Assembly: GCF_006345805.1 (NCBI RefSeq)
Contig: NC_043002.1
Span: 27,776,001-27,840,000, forward strand
Reading direction: 5' to 3'
Source of the DNA: Octopus sinensis
Lineage: Eukaryota
Length of the DNA: 64,000 nucleotides
Shown here: positions 26,456-40,207 of the stretch, piece by piece
Numbering within the stretch: position 1 is the first letter of the stretch
How the letters are laid out: every line of letters begins with the position of its first letter
Made by a program: the position numbers and the translations under genes
The notes under the pieces: model-generated
Seen by the model: the letters and a program-made list of their open reading frames with translations, nothing else
Told to the model about the DNA's origin: nothing
Databases searched by the model: none

Positions 26456-27348
26456 TTATATATAGAGGGCATTATTACACATACATGCCACACGCTAAGA
26501 GGGACATTAGTCATTTCTACCAAAAAATTTTACTAATCCTACCCAATGCAATTTTTCAAAGCAAGACATTTAAAAAATGAATTTAGTCTTGTATCACCTG
26601 TGATACAAGACTAAATTCATTTTTTAAATGTCTTGCTTTGAAAAATTGCATTGGGTAGGATTAGTAAAATTTTTTGGTAGAAATGACTAATGTCCCTCTT
26701 AGCGTGTGGCATGTATGTGTAATAATGCCCTCTATATATAAATTAATATGTTCAATAAGAAAGAATTATTTTCGAAATTTTTCTCTTATGAGGTTTTTCA
26801 CGCTATCTACCTGATAATTTCTTGTTAAGATTCCTTATTAAGAAGTTATCCTTAATTGTTAACTAATTTTATTCCGAAAACACTTTTCCTAACCGAAATG
26901 CAATTCGAAGAAGCCTGCCATTTACCGGATGTATTATATGTAAACTTCCCCATGTGCTTCGTTGCAGTAGAACAGATAGCTGTTCGGCTTTGACGGTGCG
27001 AGGTCGTTTATTTATGATATGTTCAGAATCAGTCTTGCTGATGAGTACGGTCGCAACTGCGGTAAGTACGAAATCACAGGTGATACAAGACTAAATTCAT
27101 TTTTTAAATGTCTTGCTTTGAAAAATTGCATTGGGTAGGATTAGTAAAATTTTTTGGTAGAAATGACAAATGTCCCTCTTAGTGTGTGGCATGTATGTGT
27201 AATAATGCCCTCTATATATAAATTAATATGTTCAATAAGAAAGAATTATTTTCAAAATTTTTCTCTTATGAGGTTTTTCACGCTATCTACCTGATAATTT
27301 CTTGTTAAGATTCCTTATTAAGAAGTTATCCTTAATTGTTAAATAATT
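26456..27348 (+). mobile_element. Hammerhead-bearing non-autonomous retroelement (retrozyme/Penelope pseudo-LTR): inverted arm, 480-nt unit, partial second unit
   Basis: 26456-26597 is the reverse complement of 26600-26741; 26600-26868 is repeated at 27080-27348 (period 480); hammerhead at the unit junction; (TA)n on both flanks; no ORF. Confidence 0.85.
27031..27092 (+). ncRNA. Type I hammerhead ribozyme with an intact core
   Basis: Stem I AGTCTTG/CAAGACT; core CTGATGA (27038-27044); stem II GTAC/GTAC; GAAA (27070-27073); stem III ATCA/TGAT with a CAGG loop; AUA triplet, predicted cut between 27085 and 27086. Confidence 0.88.
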
Positions 27349-27369
27349 ATATATATATATATATGTATG

Positions 27370-27401
<32 letters not shown>

Positions 27402-27545
27402 ATATATATTATATATATATAATATATATATATTATATATATATATATATCCACAGCAGGAAATGTGTCAGGACATTAAATGTAAAAGCCGGACTACTCT
27501 AATTTATGCGCAACTCTATTGTCTCCCGAGACAAAAGGATGCCAA

Positions 27546-27592
<47 letters not shown>

Positions 27593-27775
27593 TATATCTG
27601 TATGTATATATATGGGGTGGGGTTAAGTAACAAGAGACCAATGAAAACTCTTGTGATATGTGCTGATATAATCCCGTAAGAGTCATGAAGAAGGAGTTTG
27701 ACCTAAGCTCTAATGGTATTCCCAATTGTGAAATGCTATCAGACAGCCTACTACCTGAATTATATATATATATTA

Positions 27776-27827
<52 letters not shown>

Positions 27828-28060
27828 TATATAAAGGGATTTGTATGATTGTGTATAGAGGGATATATATTATTCAAAGAAATTCCAACTCTGTCGGTTT
27901 TTTATGTTTTATTTATATTCTTTATAATATTTATGTAGAACATAGAATATATAGTATAAATAATATATATATAGTAAAATGAAATGAAGTATTGATTGTC
28001 TTATTGAATAGATGAAATATTGAATATAAAATATTAAGGGACTAGTATACTTTCTTGCAT

Positions 28061-28106
<46 letters not shown>

Positions 28107-28734
28107 ACGCCCCAATTGTTTGGATGTGCGTGTGGGTGCGTGCATGTATATGTATATGTGGTGTATGTGTCTGTATGTGCTAGTGTATATTCTTATGTAT
28201 ATATATGTATCTCAGATAAACGTTCGATTCATGACGTGTTTATAAATATATATACTTTATATAGATATAAACAAGAAGAATGGATCGAGCAAGACCTTAG
28301 ATGAAATCAAATGGCAACTATTTCATCTGTGCTCGTTCTTATGAATATTGCTATATAATACGATAATATATGCAACTATTGATTCCTGAGATGTCATTGT
28401 AAAGACACGAACCGATTCTTCAGAACTATGTATAGTGTTGCAACATGCAAATGTAAGCATGAGGACACGCCCCATTCGATATAGGCATAAATTATTGACA
28501 ATACAAGGATCTACACCAAATAGGTTTTATCCGTAATCCTGAAGAGTCGTACTTGGTACGTGTTTTTACAATGTCACTTCGCGAATGAAACGTTACATAT
28601 ATTAACACACAATTTAGTAATATTCATGGGAACTAATTCATATGAAACAATTGTAACCTGATGTAATAGAAGGAATTGCTCATGTCAGCCTTCTTGTTTG
28701 TAATTGTAAAATCTCTACAGCATGTTCTTTTATT

Positions 28735-28959
28735 TTCTAATTCTTTTATTTGTTTCAGTCATATGACTGTGGCCATGCTGGGGCACCGCCTTCAGTCGAG
28801 CAAATCGACCACAGAATTTATTCTTTGTAAAACTAGTACTTATTCTATCGACTCTCTTGCCGAACCACTAAGTGACTGGGACTTAAACACACCAGTTGTC
28901 ATCAAGCGATCTTGGGGTGGGGGACAAACCCAGACATGCAAATATATACATACATATAT

Positions 28960-29034
<75 letters not shown>

Positions 29035-29170
29035 AAATCCACTAACAAGGCTTTGGTCGGCCCGAGGATATAGTAGAAGACCCACTCCCAAGGTGCCACG
29101 CAGTGGGACTGAATCCGAAGCCATGTCGTTGGTAAGCAAGCTACTTACCACACAGTCACTCCTGTGCCTA
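28735..29170 (-). mobile_element. tRNA-derived SINE, family B, interrupted by (TA)n
   Basis: Homologous to 42415-42878 (GTTTCAGTCAT...GGCCATGCT...CAGTGGGACTGAA...CACTCCTG). Confidence 0.8.
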
Positions 29171-29949
29171 CGTGTGGATTTTTACACGTGTTTGTTAAAA
29201 CAATCTCCGATTTACTGTCAGCTTCATAGCAGTACCTGTGGATGAGCTTAATAGGTAAACCTCAGGATTTAAATCACCAATGAAATTATTATCTATGAGT
29301 GTGTGCGTATGTGTGTGTGCATCATTATTATTATTATCTATGAGTGTGTAGTGTATGTGTCTGTATGCGCGGGTGTCTATTCTTATGTATATATATGTAT
29401 GTCAGATAAAATATCGAGATCATTTCAATTTACTAATTATCGCGTGAAGCGGTGACCTTGCATGTCCGAATTTGAAAGAATGAAACGTAATAATGCAAAT
29501 TATTTGCGATAAGGAAAATCGATGTACTAATTGTTACTAAGGATATGCATATCTCAAGAATTAGTTTCCTTGAACAGTTCAATAAAACTTTCCAAATTAA
29601 TTAGTATTGTTATAGCTTTCGATCCATTATCCCTGATAATTTCAGGTTTAATAGGTCATTGGTTAATGGGGTTAGTGGCAAACGGTTCATATATTTAAGA
29701 TGCATAGTAGAGAAACGTTACATAGCAGGAGTTAGTCGATGAAACTTTTTTCCGGTATTACAGTCCACTAGAAATAGCCACTAAAGTCACAACGGTAAAT
29801 AGACAACGTTGAACTAAACACCAAGGAAATTAATATGTTCTATATAATTGGTTAGTACACTTAAAAGCCATGATCCAGCATCCTTACATTTCAAAGATAA
29901 TACTAGGCTTACAAAGAATAGAGATGTTATTGTTTCACTTCTGACACAT

Positions 29950-30134
29950 AATACTAAAATAGTGTAAGAGATAAGTGATTACTCCGGGATCACATTAGGC
30001 AAGAAACTGAAAAGTTTTGGGCCCATGACACTGCATATGTAAAATTTGAATGAAATCGGTCGGTTAGTTTTGGAGTTTTAATGATGCACGCATACAGATA
30101 CACAGACACACATTCTCAGTTTTATATATATAGA
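29950..30134 (-). mobile_element. Possible short non-autonomous Helitron-like element
   Basis: Minus strand begins A|TCTATATATATAAAA; AAATTTGAATGAAATCGG motif; the 3' end is unclear. Confidence 0.4.
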
Positions 30135-30430
30135 TATATAATCAATATAAACAGCAGTTTCCAATGTTTCACCAAAATTTAATTCTCACTAGATATGACT
30201 AGGGGGTAGGAAATACCTACATTGCTAGAAACAAAAGCTAAACCTCTCTAATGCTGTAATTAACGCACATGAATGGAAACATGCACTAACAGCGATCGTA
30301 ATCGTCCGAAAAGTGCCGATCGCGAATATATATATATATAGTACGTTTAAATATATATATTATATAATATAAATACATGTGAGTGTGTATGTTGTGAATA
30401 ATATATGCATCTATATACATGTATATATAC

Positions 30431-30463
<33 letters not shown>

Positions 30464-30488
30464 CATACATACCTATATATGTATGTGT

Positions 30489-30860
30489 GAAGGTGCATGG
30501 CTCTGTGGTTAGAGCGCCGAGCTTTCGATCGTGACGTTGTGAGTTCGATGCCCAGACTGGTCTGCATATTGTGTTCTTGATCAAGACACTTTATTTCAAG
30601 TTGCTCCAATTCACTCAGCTTTAGAAATGAGTTGCGACGTTTCTGGTGCCAAGATGTATTGGCCTTTGCTTTTCCCTTGGATAACATCGGTGGCATGGAA
30701 AGGGGGGCTGTTATGCATGGGCGACTGCTGGTCTTCCATAAAACCAACCCTACGTTGTACGTTCGCCGGTGAGGCGACTTTCCGCCCAGACTTTTAACCC
30801 AGAGGGGAATCTCTTAGAGGAATCTCTATGGTCGCTCGTGACCGACGGAGTCAAGTTCTA
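30489..30860 (+). mobile_element. tRNA-derived SINE, family C
   Basis: A-box TGGCTCTGTGG and B-box GAGTTCGATGCC, followed by a TGTGTTCTTGATCAAGACACTT body. Confidence 0.75.
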
Positions 30861-31670
30861 TATACACACACACACACCTTTTAACCCTATACTGTAAGTA
30901 TATTACTCTCTAACTTTGGTACGACTCGACTACACTGTCTCTTTTTCCCCCCTCTCCTACTTTTCTCTGCCTTCACCCTTTTCACTCCCCTTGTTCTGTC
31001 TCTTTCCCTCTTTTTCTTCTCCTCCCTTGTTCCCCTTCTTTCTTTCTCTCTTCCTCCGTCCCTCCTCTCCCACATTTCTCTGCCTCTCAGACCTTATACC
31101 TCACTTGACCTGTCCCTTTCCCTCTCCTGCTTCTCTCTTCATCTGTCCCTTTCTCCTTTTTGTGCTCACGTGACCAGCTAGCTACTACTGCCTTTCGCAT
31201 CAAGTAGTTGGCGTGACCACACGTATGTGTTTGTGCTCCGTTTGCCTTCAGGCACTTGTTCCACAGCCAGCCTATACTCAACTCGTCCTGTCGAAAGACG
31301 CTTGTCCTGACGTCCTGGTTTTGTTATGATTGTTTTTACGTTATTTTGTATTTTTATCCGTGCTATCTTTATTGTTTTTACGTATTTTTGAAATTTTTTT
31401 TCGAGTAACATCGTCCGTTTTTCCGTCACCGTGTTGTATACTTTCGAGGTTTTCTTCCAAGGAATCTAATGCGATTGGCTTAGATTTCCCTTGGCGGGCT
31501 GCCCAGATTGGAGCAATCTCAAGATTAATCAGCCGAAATTACTACGATGATCCGGTTCTTGACTGAAGACTGAGGGTTTCGAATGTCCTGTCCGTGTTTA
31601 TTGTATCGTCTTCTAAGAGTTATACGTTCTTGTCCATGTTGTATTTTTCTACATACCTTAATATATATAT

Positions 31671-31709
<39 letters not shown>

Positions 31710-32569
31710 CCATGTATGTATGTATGCATATAAACACAGGTATATGTACATACTTACATCTATATGAATATGAACTATTTTTCGAACAACAAAAGACACA
31801 AATGGAAAAAAAGACAAACAACGCAAAAAAACGACCCTTCATCAGTTTTTGGCTGTTTTTTTACTCTCGTATTTCGAGCATTTAACAACAAGATACGCTT
31901 TCGATAAAACATTTGCCCCCTCAAAGCAAATTAAATAAAATTTGGGATTTTGCAGAGGGTCAAAATAGGTAACACAAACAGGACAGTGAAAACAAACAGT
32001 AAGGACTGGTAAGCCTAAACGAGCTTGTGGTGTCGAACGCGTAAATCAAGCTTTGACAGGAGACACACAAGAACACGTATTCCTTGATCAAGCTACAGCG
32101 GAGCGAAAGAAATGTATGTATACTCTTTTACTCTTTACTCTTTTACTTGTTTCAGTCATATATATATATATATATATATTAATATATATTAATTGAAGGT
32201 ATAAACACAAACATAAGTGAATTACACGTGAATAAATAATATATTCCAGACAGTAAAATGTAAAAAAAGCTACAATTTATTGTAATATTGTAATATATTG
32301 TAACAATTTATTGTAATATAAACCACGATTCAACTGTAAAACCGGTAGAAGTGATTTTAAGACTAGAATTCAATTTGATTTAAAAAGTAATGCCATACCT
32401 TCAACCGAATACTAACGCAGGAAGTTTGTTTGAATTAGTTCCCTTTAAAACATTATAAGTGATGAACTCTTCCGCGGAGAGACCGAGGGCAGTAACTGTG
32501 CGATTAGGAAGCAGTGGGTGTCCTTATATGTGTGTATATAATATAAATGTATAAATACACATATGATTG

Positions 32570-32850
32570 ACCACAATGTGAGTTACGACGACGAGTGCTT
32601 CAGTTGATTCGATCAACGGAACAGCCTGCCCCTTGTCATATTAACGTGCAAGTGGCTGAGCACTCCACACACATGCGCACCCTCAACGTAGCTCTGAATT
32701 AAATTCTGAAGGTGAAAAGGCTGGCCTATTGAACTACTTGTACAACTCATTTTTGCCAGCTGCGTGGATGGAACAACGGGAAACAAAGTGTCTTGTTCAA
32801 AGACACAACCGCCGCCGGGAATCGACACAATAACCACTGTCTTGCCCCTA
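32570..32850 (-). mobile_element. Diverged tRNA-derived SINE
   Basis: Minus strand GTCGATTCCCGG B-box-like motif and TGTGTCTTTGAACAAGACACTT body similar to family C; different tail. Confidence 0.55.
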
Positions 32851-33151
32851 CATAATATGTGTGTGTGTGTGTGTTGTATGTATGTATAGTACTTACAAGT
32901 CAATAATAAATACGTAACGATAATCCGATGAACATGAAGTCCGTATATTTATGCTGTATGGCTGCTCCGTAGAGCAGACTTAATCGTTTTACGGCAGACA
33001 AAAAAAGAAGATATTTCGAAAGAACATAGAAGTGGAAAGATCAGACAGCGTAAAATATCTCGCCATCAAATGTTTATTGCATAAGACTAAGACAAGTTAC
33101 AGCAGTAACTGCATTCTAAAATTTTCATAGATGTTTAACGCGGAAATTTAT

Positions 33152-34041
33152 ATCAAGGTGTACGCAAAAGAAACCGGAATTTTGCAATGTTATTTTATTG
33201 ACTTAGTTTTACATGTTTACACTTCTATCGCCCTCAAAATATTCTTCATTTGAAGCAATGCATCGGCCCAGGCGCGTTTTCCACATTTCGAAGAAGTTCT
33301 GGAACTCTTGCGAAGCGATGCCTTTTAACGTCTCTGTCATTTATTTTTCTTCAACTTTTCTACATCTGCAAATTTCGTAGCGCCAGCTGTCATCACTACT
33401 GATGACCTTGGAAAAAAAAGGTCAGGATCAACTTCCAGCTGTTCTTTCACTTCCCGACACGCATTCGGTCGTGACTGCTTTTGATCTTTTGTGAGGAAGC
33501 GAGGCACACATTTTGCTACAACTCTTTTCATTCGCAATACCTCACCCAAAATTCGTTTGCTCGATGACACACCAATCATATCAACAAGTTCGTCAATTGT
33601 TCAGTGACGCCCCTCCGAGATCAGCTCATGAATTTTCATGATGTTTTTGTTCGTTCGAGAGGTCGACGATCGCCCTGAACGAAGTTGGTTTCCAAGCGAC
33701 AAAGGACCATGCCTAAAGCGTGAAAACCACTCATAAACTTGTGTTTTGCACATAGCAGCGTACTTGTAAGCTGTTTGAAGCATGACAACTGCTTCGGCTG
33801 CCATTTTTCCCAGCAGAAAACACAATTTCACGGAAGCACGCTGTTCCTCCATTTCAGCAATGACTCTAAAATCGACGAACTGGAGAAAAGCACTGTACAA
33901 CAAAGACATATCACGGGACAGTACGACTTCATTAGATGACGCCTAAGGGTTGCATCAAGTTGCATCTTGCGACAGAAGACCTAACTTCAAAGGTTTGTCC
34001 CACAGACGACGTTTCCGGTTACTTTTGGGTATCCGCTCCTA
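33152..34041 (-). mobile_element. Internally deleted mariner element with TIRs
   Basis: TIRs TACGCAAAAGAAACCGGAA / TTCCGGTTACTTTTGGGTA; transposase N-terminus EQRASVKLCFLLGK...VYEWFSRFR...RSGRSSTS and VAKCVPRFLT; the catalytic core is missing. Confidence 0.85.
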
Positions 34042-34118
34042 TATGAAAACACATTTACTTTTACACAAGCGTACGTACATACAAACATACCTAAGCGCAC
34101 GCACACACACACACATGC

Positions 34119-34163
<45 letters not shown>

Positions 34164-34309
34164 ATTTTTTTGTGCGGACAATTTCTTTGTTTCATTTTGT
34201 TTTTATTGTGGGCATGTTTTTCTACTTGTGTGCTGAGGTAGTTCATCATTCGGGCATATTTCTTCTTTATGTGGAGTTTGTGTGCTATATGTCTTCACGT
34301 TTAAGAAAG

Positions 34310-34800
34310 GGGCTATCCTGGTGGGTTTACTGTGGATCTTCTTCGAAATGTTTGAGTGTAAAAAAATATTGCTTGTGTATGCAGGGAGAGAAGGTTTCAT
34401 CCCTAATATTTAAGATGTTATCTGTTGATTTTATAACATTTAATTTTTTAGTAATACAGGGCTCACATTTGATACCCCGTCCGCTGTTATTTTTTTTTCG
34501 CCTTAAGCAATAATTTTCCTTCCTAACTGGGGGTTGCTTATACTACCTTCTTTCAATGTCCATATCACATTTGACAGGGGTGTTGCATCTTTGTTTTGTT
34601 GGTTTTTGTCTCTGAATGATGCCAGATGTTATGTATACCTTTCCTTGAACGAATTGCCCGTCGTTCCCATATAAACCTTTGCTGTTCTGTGATCTTGCTA
34701 TTCTCTGAAATACGTTTTTTGCTATTCCATGATCTTGGCCTTTCTCGAGACAGTTGTTGTTATTTACTTCAGTTATAAGCAAAAAATGTATAGTTACCAA
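34310..34800 (-). mobile_element. Penelope-like element GIY-YIG endonuclease relic
   Basis: Minus-strand frame with stops: VYMGTTGNSFKERYT*HLASF...ATPLSNVIWTLKE...CEPC...LNIRDETFSPCIH. Confidence 0.8.
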
Positions 34801-35108
34801 ACTGTTTGACTTAGCAACTTGTTTTTATAACTGGAATAGTTAAGCAGGAAGAATAGCATATAAGTAACTTTATGCTGCAAAGAAGAAAAAGGGAGAGTTG
34901 GATGTTTCAGACAGTTGTTCTTCAATGGAAAGCAGAGAAGTAAAAAAGGAAAATTTGGAAAGCTTCTTCAAAAACAATATTTATACGATGTTATATATAG
35001 CTTTATCTGCTTCGAGATTTACAGTTTCTAAAAGAATTATTTCATATTCTCTCGAAGTTTATAAATTCTTACTATGTCAACACTAAACACATACTCACAC
35101 ATATACAC

Positions 35109-35499
35109 ATCAAACTTTATTCTATACAATGTTCGTTTCGACCCGTCCTGCAATTGTCCTTCATGTATGAGACTCCTTTCAACATATTGTGTTGCATCGA
35201 TTTTGCAGTCTGGGTCTCATTAGGCCATTTTATATAAGCAGGAACGCAAGATTTCCACGTTCATGTTTGATTTTTTTGCGTTTCTGCAGTCTTGTTTCCA
35301 TTTTATTCATTCCCTAACTAGATGGACATATAAAAACATGGTAGCAGGCACTCAAGATCTTTAGTGAGACACAACTTTGTCGATGTACCTGATGAGACCC
35401 AGCTGCAAAATCGATGCAACACATGTTGAACGGAGACCCACACATAGAGGACAATAGTAGGTGGGGTCGAAATTAACGTTGTATAGAATAAAGTTTAAT
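35109..35499. mobile_element. Inverted pair of about 115-bp hammerhead-containing segments (probable Penelope terminus)
   Basis: 35109-35224 is the diverged reverse complement of 35388-35499. Confidence 0.7.
35384..35485 (+). ncRNA. Hammerhead-like ribozyme with a 63-nt loop II
   Basis: TGTAC-CTGATGA-GACCC-[63 nt]-GGGTC-GAAA-T-TAAC-G-TT-GTATA; GUU triplet and weak stem III. Confidence 0.55.
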
Positions 35500-35706
35500 A
35501 CCAAATCCATCTTCTCGGTACTTAATTAATATGATTACCCTAACTGAAACAGTGGAGTTTCTGAAATAGCTCCAACGGAAGTATACCACGACTGCGGGTG
35601 ACAACAGATAGCCTAAATTGTGCCGGTGCTCTACTCAACATTTTATCACACTAATCGGCTTATGCCTATCAGTTCAATACACACACACACACACATATAT
35701 ATATAT

Positions 35707-35742
<36 letters not shown>

Positions 35743-35779
35743 TTTCTGTGGAAGAGCGTAGGCTCGAAACGTTAAAGAC
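35743..35779 (+). ncRNA. Minimal hammerhead-like motif with a variant core CUGUGGA
   Basis: TTT-CTGTGGA-A-GAGC-GTAG-GCTC-GAAA-CGTT-AAAGAC. Confidence 0.5.
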
Positions 35780-35868
35780 ATTTTCAATTCCCGAGCGTTA
35801 TACTAATACATCTGTTTGTTTTCAACACCACCTGTCTGTCTTCGTCTGTTGCCTTTTTCGTGAATTCT

Positions 35869-35909
<41 letters not shown>

Positions 35910-36019
35910 CACATATATCTATGTATGTATGCATGTATACGTACAGATTTGTATGTTTTGTCTTATGCATGTCTTCTCATGCATATGCCTGCATATCTCG
36001 ACATGCATAGATATACTTA

Positions 36020-36350
36020 AATGATAATTTCTGGAAAGTTCCAGTGATTGATTGGCTCCGTAGTCTTCGAATTAGCTTTCTCTTTTCTGGATTTGAGAAG
36101 TCTAATTTCTCAAGATTGGTATTTAGGCAGTGTATTACCTATCTCGGTATCCCCAAAATTACAGGTATAAACATGAACTTGTAATCTGGATAGAGTAACC
36201 GCAGATTCCAGCGTAGGTGCTCTCATTTTCACTGATCCTCAGCTTTAAGTTAACATCCGCAGGGCAGCTGATTTCCAGTTTTACAGTTTCTCTTCTTTAT
36301 CCTAAATCATTATATCAGGTCTATTGTGTTTACATTTTATTGAGGTTTTC
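36020..36350 (-). mobile_element. RLE-type (R4/Dong-like) LINE 3' relic
   Basis: Minus strand KCKHNRPDIMI*DKEEK...EISCPADVNL...YPDYKFMFIPVILG. Confidence 0.7.
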
Positions 36351-36696
36351 ACTAGGACATTCCACTAGTACTCCATGTTATTGTATGTATGTATGTATGT
36401 ATGTATGTATGTATGTATGTATGTATGTATGTATGTATGTATGTATGTATGTATGTATATATATATGTGTGTGTGTATGCGTGTGTGGACGAAAGAACGA
36501 TGGATGTATGGAAGGATGGATGGAGTGTGGGGGGGAATAAAAGACTGTGTATAATGTGGTGAATATAGAACGTCCAATGCAGCCAATTAAAATGAAGATA
36601 ACAAATTTGTGATTTAGAAACGAAGTTGCGTGAAAAATTATTTAAAAACTGGTTCCACTAGTACTCCATGTTATTGTATGTATGTATGTATGTATG

Positions 36697-36728
<32 letters not shown>

Positions 36729-37728
36729 AAGTCACATTCGATCACAGCACCAATAACAGCTAAGCTTCGTGCAATGGCCATACTCGATAACGAATGGGAA
36801 GCCATCATGTATGTATGTATGTATGTATGTATGTATGTATGTATGTATGTATGTATGTGTTTATGTATTTATGCATGCATGTAAAGCTTATCCTTTCGAA
36901 ACAAATATGCGATGTTTGATTACATCGTACGCGCTTTTGACTTTCATGCTTCCTTATCTATATATTTATGCATTTCATCTTTAAAATCCAAGAATTAGCA
37001 GATTACTGCAGGTATATTCTTCAATGTATCTGCATCAAGAACTGCTCTCGCCAGCATTGTCGCAAAACTAGCTGTGCCCACATCCACTCCAAATTCATCC
37101 CATGCCATTTGTTACAGTTCACGTCAACTCGTTCAAAATCAATTATCTGTTCTCTATATGCTAATACGATCTTGAAATAACCCGTATTTGTTCAAAGTAC
37201 ACAACTTGTCATATCATATCAACAGAGTAATTTTCCTAATTCCTCAATTTCCTCATGTAATCACGTTTTATGCATCAAATGTTAGCGATTATATAGCAAT
37301 TGTTAAATTTAAAATTGTTATAATGTTCTCAAAGCCACGTAATCATCGCACCTCACAGGATTAGCCCCTGCCTTTAAGAAACTAAGACTATATTCATTTC
37401 TAAAATGTATTTATAATTTTAAATTTGACTTTTGTATTTAATGTTTAATCTATTTATTCACGATAGCATATTTCGTATTGGTATTCTATGTGCATGTACA
37501 CACAAAACAAAACACACATATACACACACACACAAACACAGTACACAAATGCACACACATACACACACAATCCCTAACATATATATGTATGCTTGTATGT
37601 ATATATTTATGTATGCATGTATGTATTTATGTATGCCTGTATGTATGTACACGCAAATACATATGCACACATATGTGTGTGTGAGTGTGTGTGCATGTAT
37701 GTATATGTATATATGTGTATATGTATGT

Positions 37729-37787
<59 letters not shown>

Positions 37788-37800
37788 TATAGATAGATAG

Positions 37801-38833
<1,033 letters not shown>

Positions 38834-38913
38834 TGTGTGACTTTATGTGTGTATGTGTGCATGTTTGTGTATGTGAGTCTGCGTATGTGGTGTATGTGTG
38901 CGTGTGTGCGTGT

Positions 38914-38996
<83 letters not shown>

Positions 38997-39829
38997 TGTG
39001 TTATACGTTGGTAGGTAGTAACGTTAATTGCTTCGTTCTTTGATTAATATATTTGTTTACAGTTCGGGGTTGAATATTCCTTCGCTTATTATTATTTTAT
39101 TTTTCGTTTTAAGTATTTGCTGTATGTGTTTCGACAATGTTCAGTAATTTCCATTCTATACGTTTAGTTCGCTAGTTTCTCTTTAATATTTTATGGTTTT
39201 TAAGCTCTACAGTTCATTGAGTGGTAATGTCACTTTGATGATATTTACCTGTTTTCTATATTTTAACTTTTTTCAATTTCTATACCACGTATGTATAGAT
39301 ATGTATGTGACGGTTTATGTTTGAGATTTGGTGTCTTGATTTGTGTTATGTAACAATAATCAGATGTAGATATAAGATGTATACTTCGTTAATGTTTGAC
39401 CATTTCTTATTGTCTTTTAATTCCCGGACAACATTGATGTTTGTAAGATTGTTGACACTGCTCGATTGAACTGTGCTGCACATGTGTGAAAACTATAATG
39501 ATATCCGTTAGGCGGCTGAAGATAGGAGTATACGTTTCATGTGTTTTTTCCTCATTGCTATGTTCTATTAACAGTTAACTTTATGTATCTTGCGTTTTCG
39601 TGGCTTTAAGTTATTCTTCATTAAAGTTTAAGTTCTAGTAGAGTTCAACTCGTTCGGCGAGTCCTTCGTCTTTTTGGTTTATGGTGATTTCATGGTATAA
39701 ATTATACCATGTGTTCATATTATGTCATTTCCTTTGATTGGAATACTAATTCTCGTAATTAGTATGTTTGTCTAGAAGTTTCTAGTTTATGGAGGTTTTA
39801 TTGCCTGCACATACACACATGTATATATG

Positions 39830-39874
<45 letters not shown>

Positions 39875-39894
39875 ATGTGAGTGTGTGTGTGTGT

Positions 39895-40207
39895 GTATCA
39901 CGTGATCACGTGGCCGACCAGGCTTTCAGATGTTGCTACACATCGCTGATCACAATGCTCTTCGCACTGTTTTAGCCTGGAAATGACGCCACCCCACTAG
40001 CTAAGCGAGCAGGCTAACAGAAGAAAGAGTGAGAGAAAGTTGTGGCGAAAGTGTACAACAGGGATCGCCACCACCCCCTACCGGAGCGTCGTGAAGATTT
40101 AGGTGTTTTCGCTCAATAAACACTCACAACGCCCGGTCTGAGAATCGAAACTGCGATCCTACGACCGCGAGTCCGCTGCCCTAACCACTGGGCCATTGCG
40201 CCTCCAC
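39895..40207 (-). mobile_element. tRNA-derived SINE, family D
   Basis: Minus-strand head GGAGGCGCAATGGCCCAGTGGTTAGGGCAGCGGACTC...GTTTCGATTCTC (A and B boxes). Confidence 0.75.

Noticed and set aside
30489-30560. tRNA-like A/B boxes as tRNA genes (also 40140-40207 and 42800-42878)
   Set aside because: No complete cloverleaf or acceptor stem; each continues into a SINE body.
34207-34254. Degenerate hammerhead downstream of the GIY-YIG relic (TGATGA-A-CTAC...GTAG-AAAA)
   Set aside because: C3 and the GAAA G are both lost and stem I does not pair.
36985-37110. Short protein-looking minus frame (MAWDEFGVDVGTASFATMLARAVLDADTLKNIPA)
   Set aside because: Only about 36 codons, flanked by stops, with no convincing acceptor site or recognisable homology.
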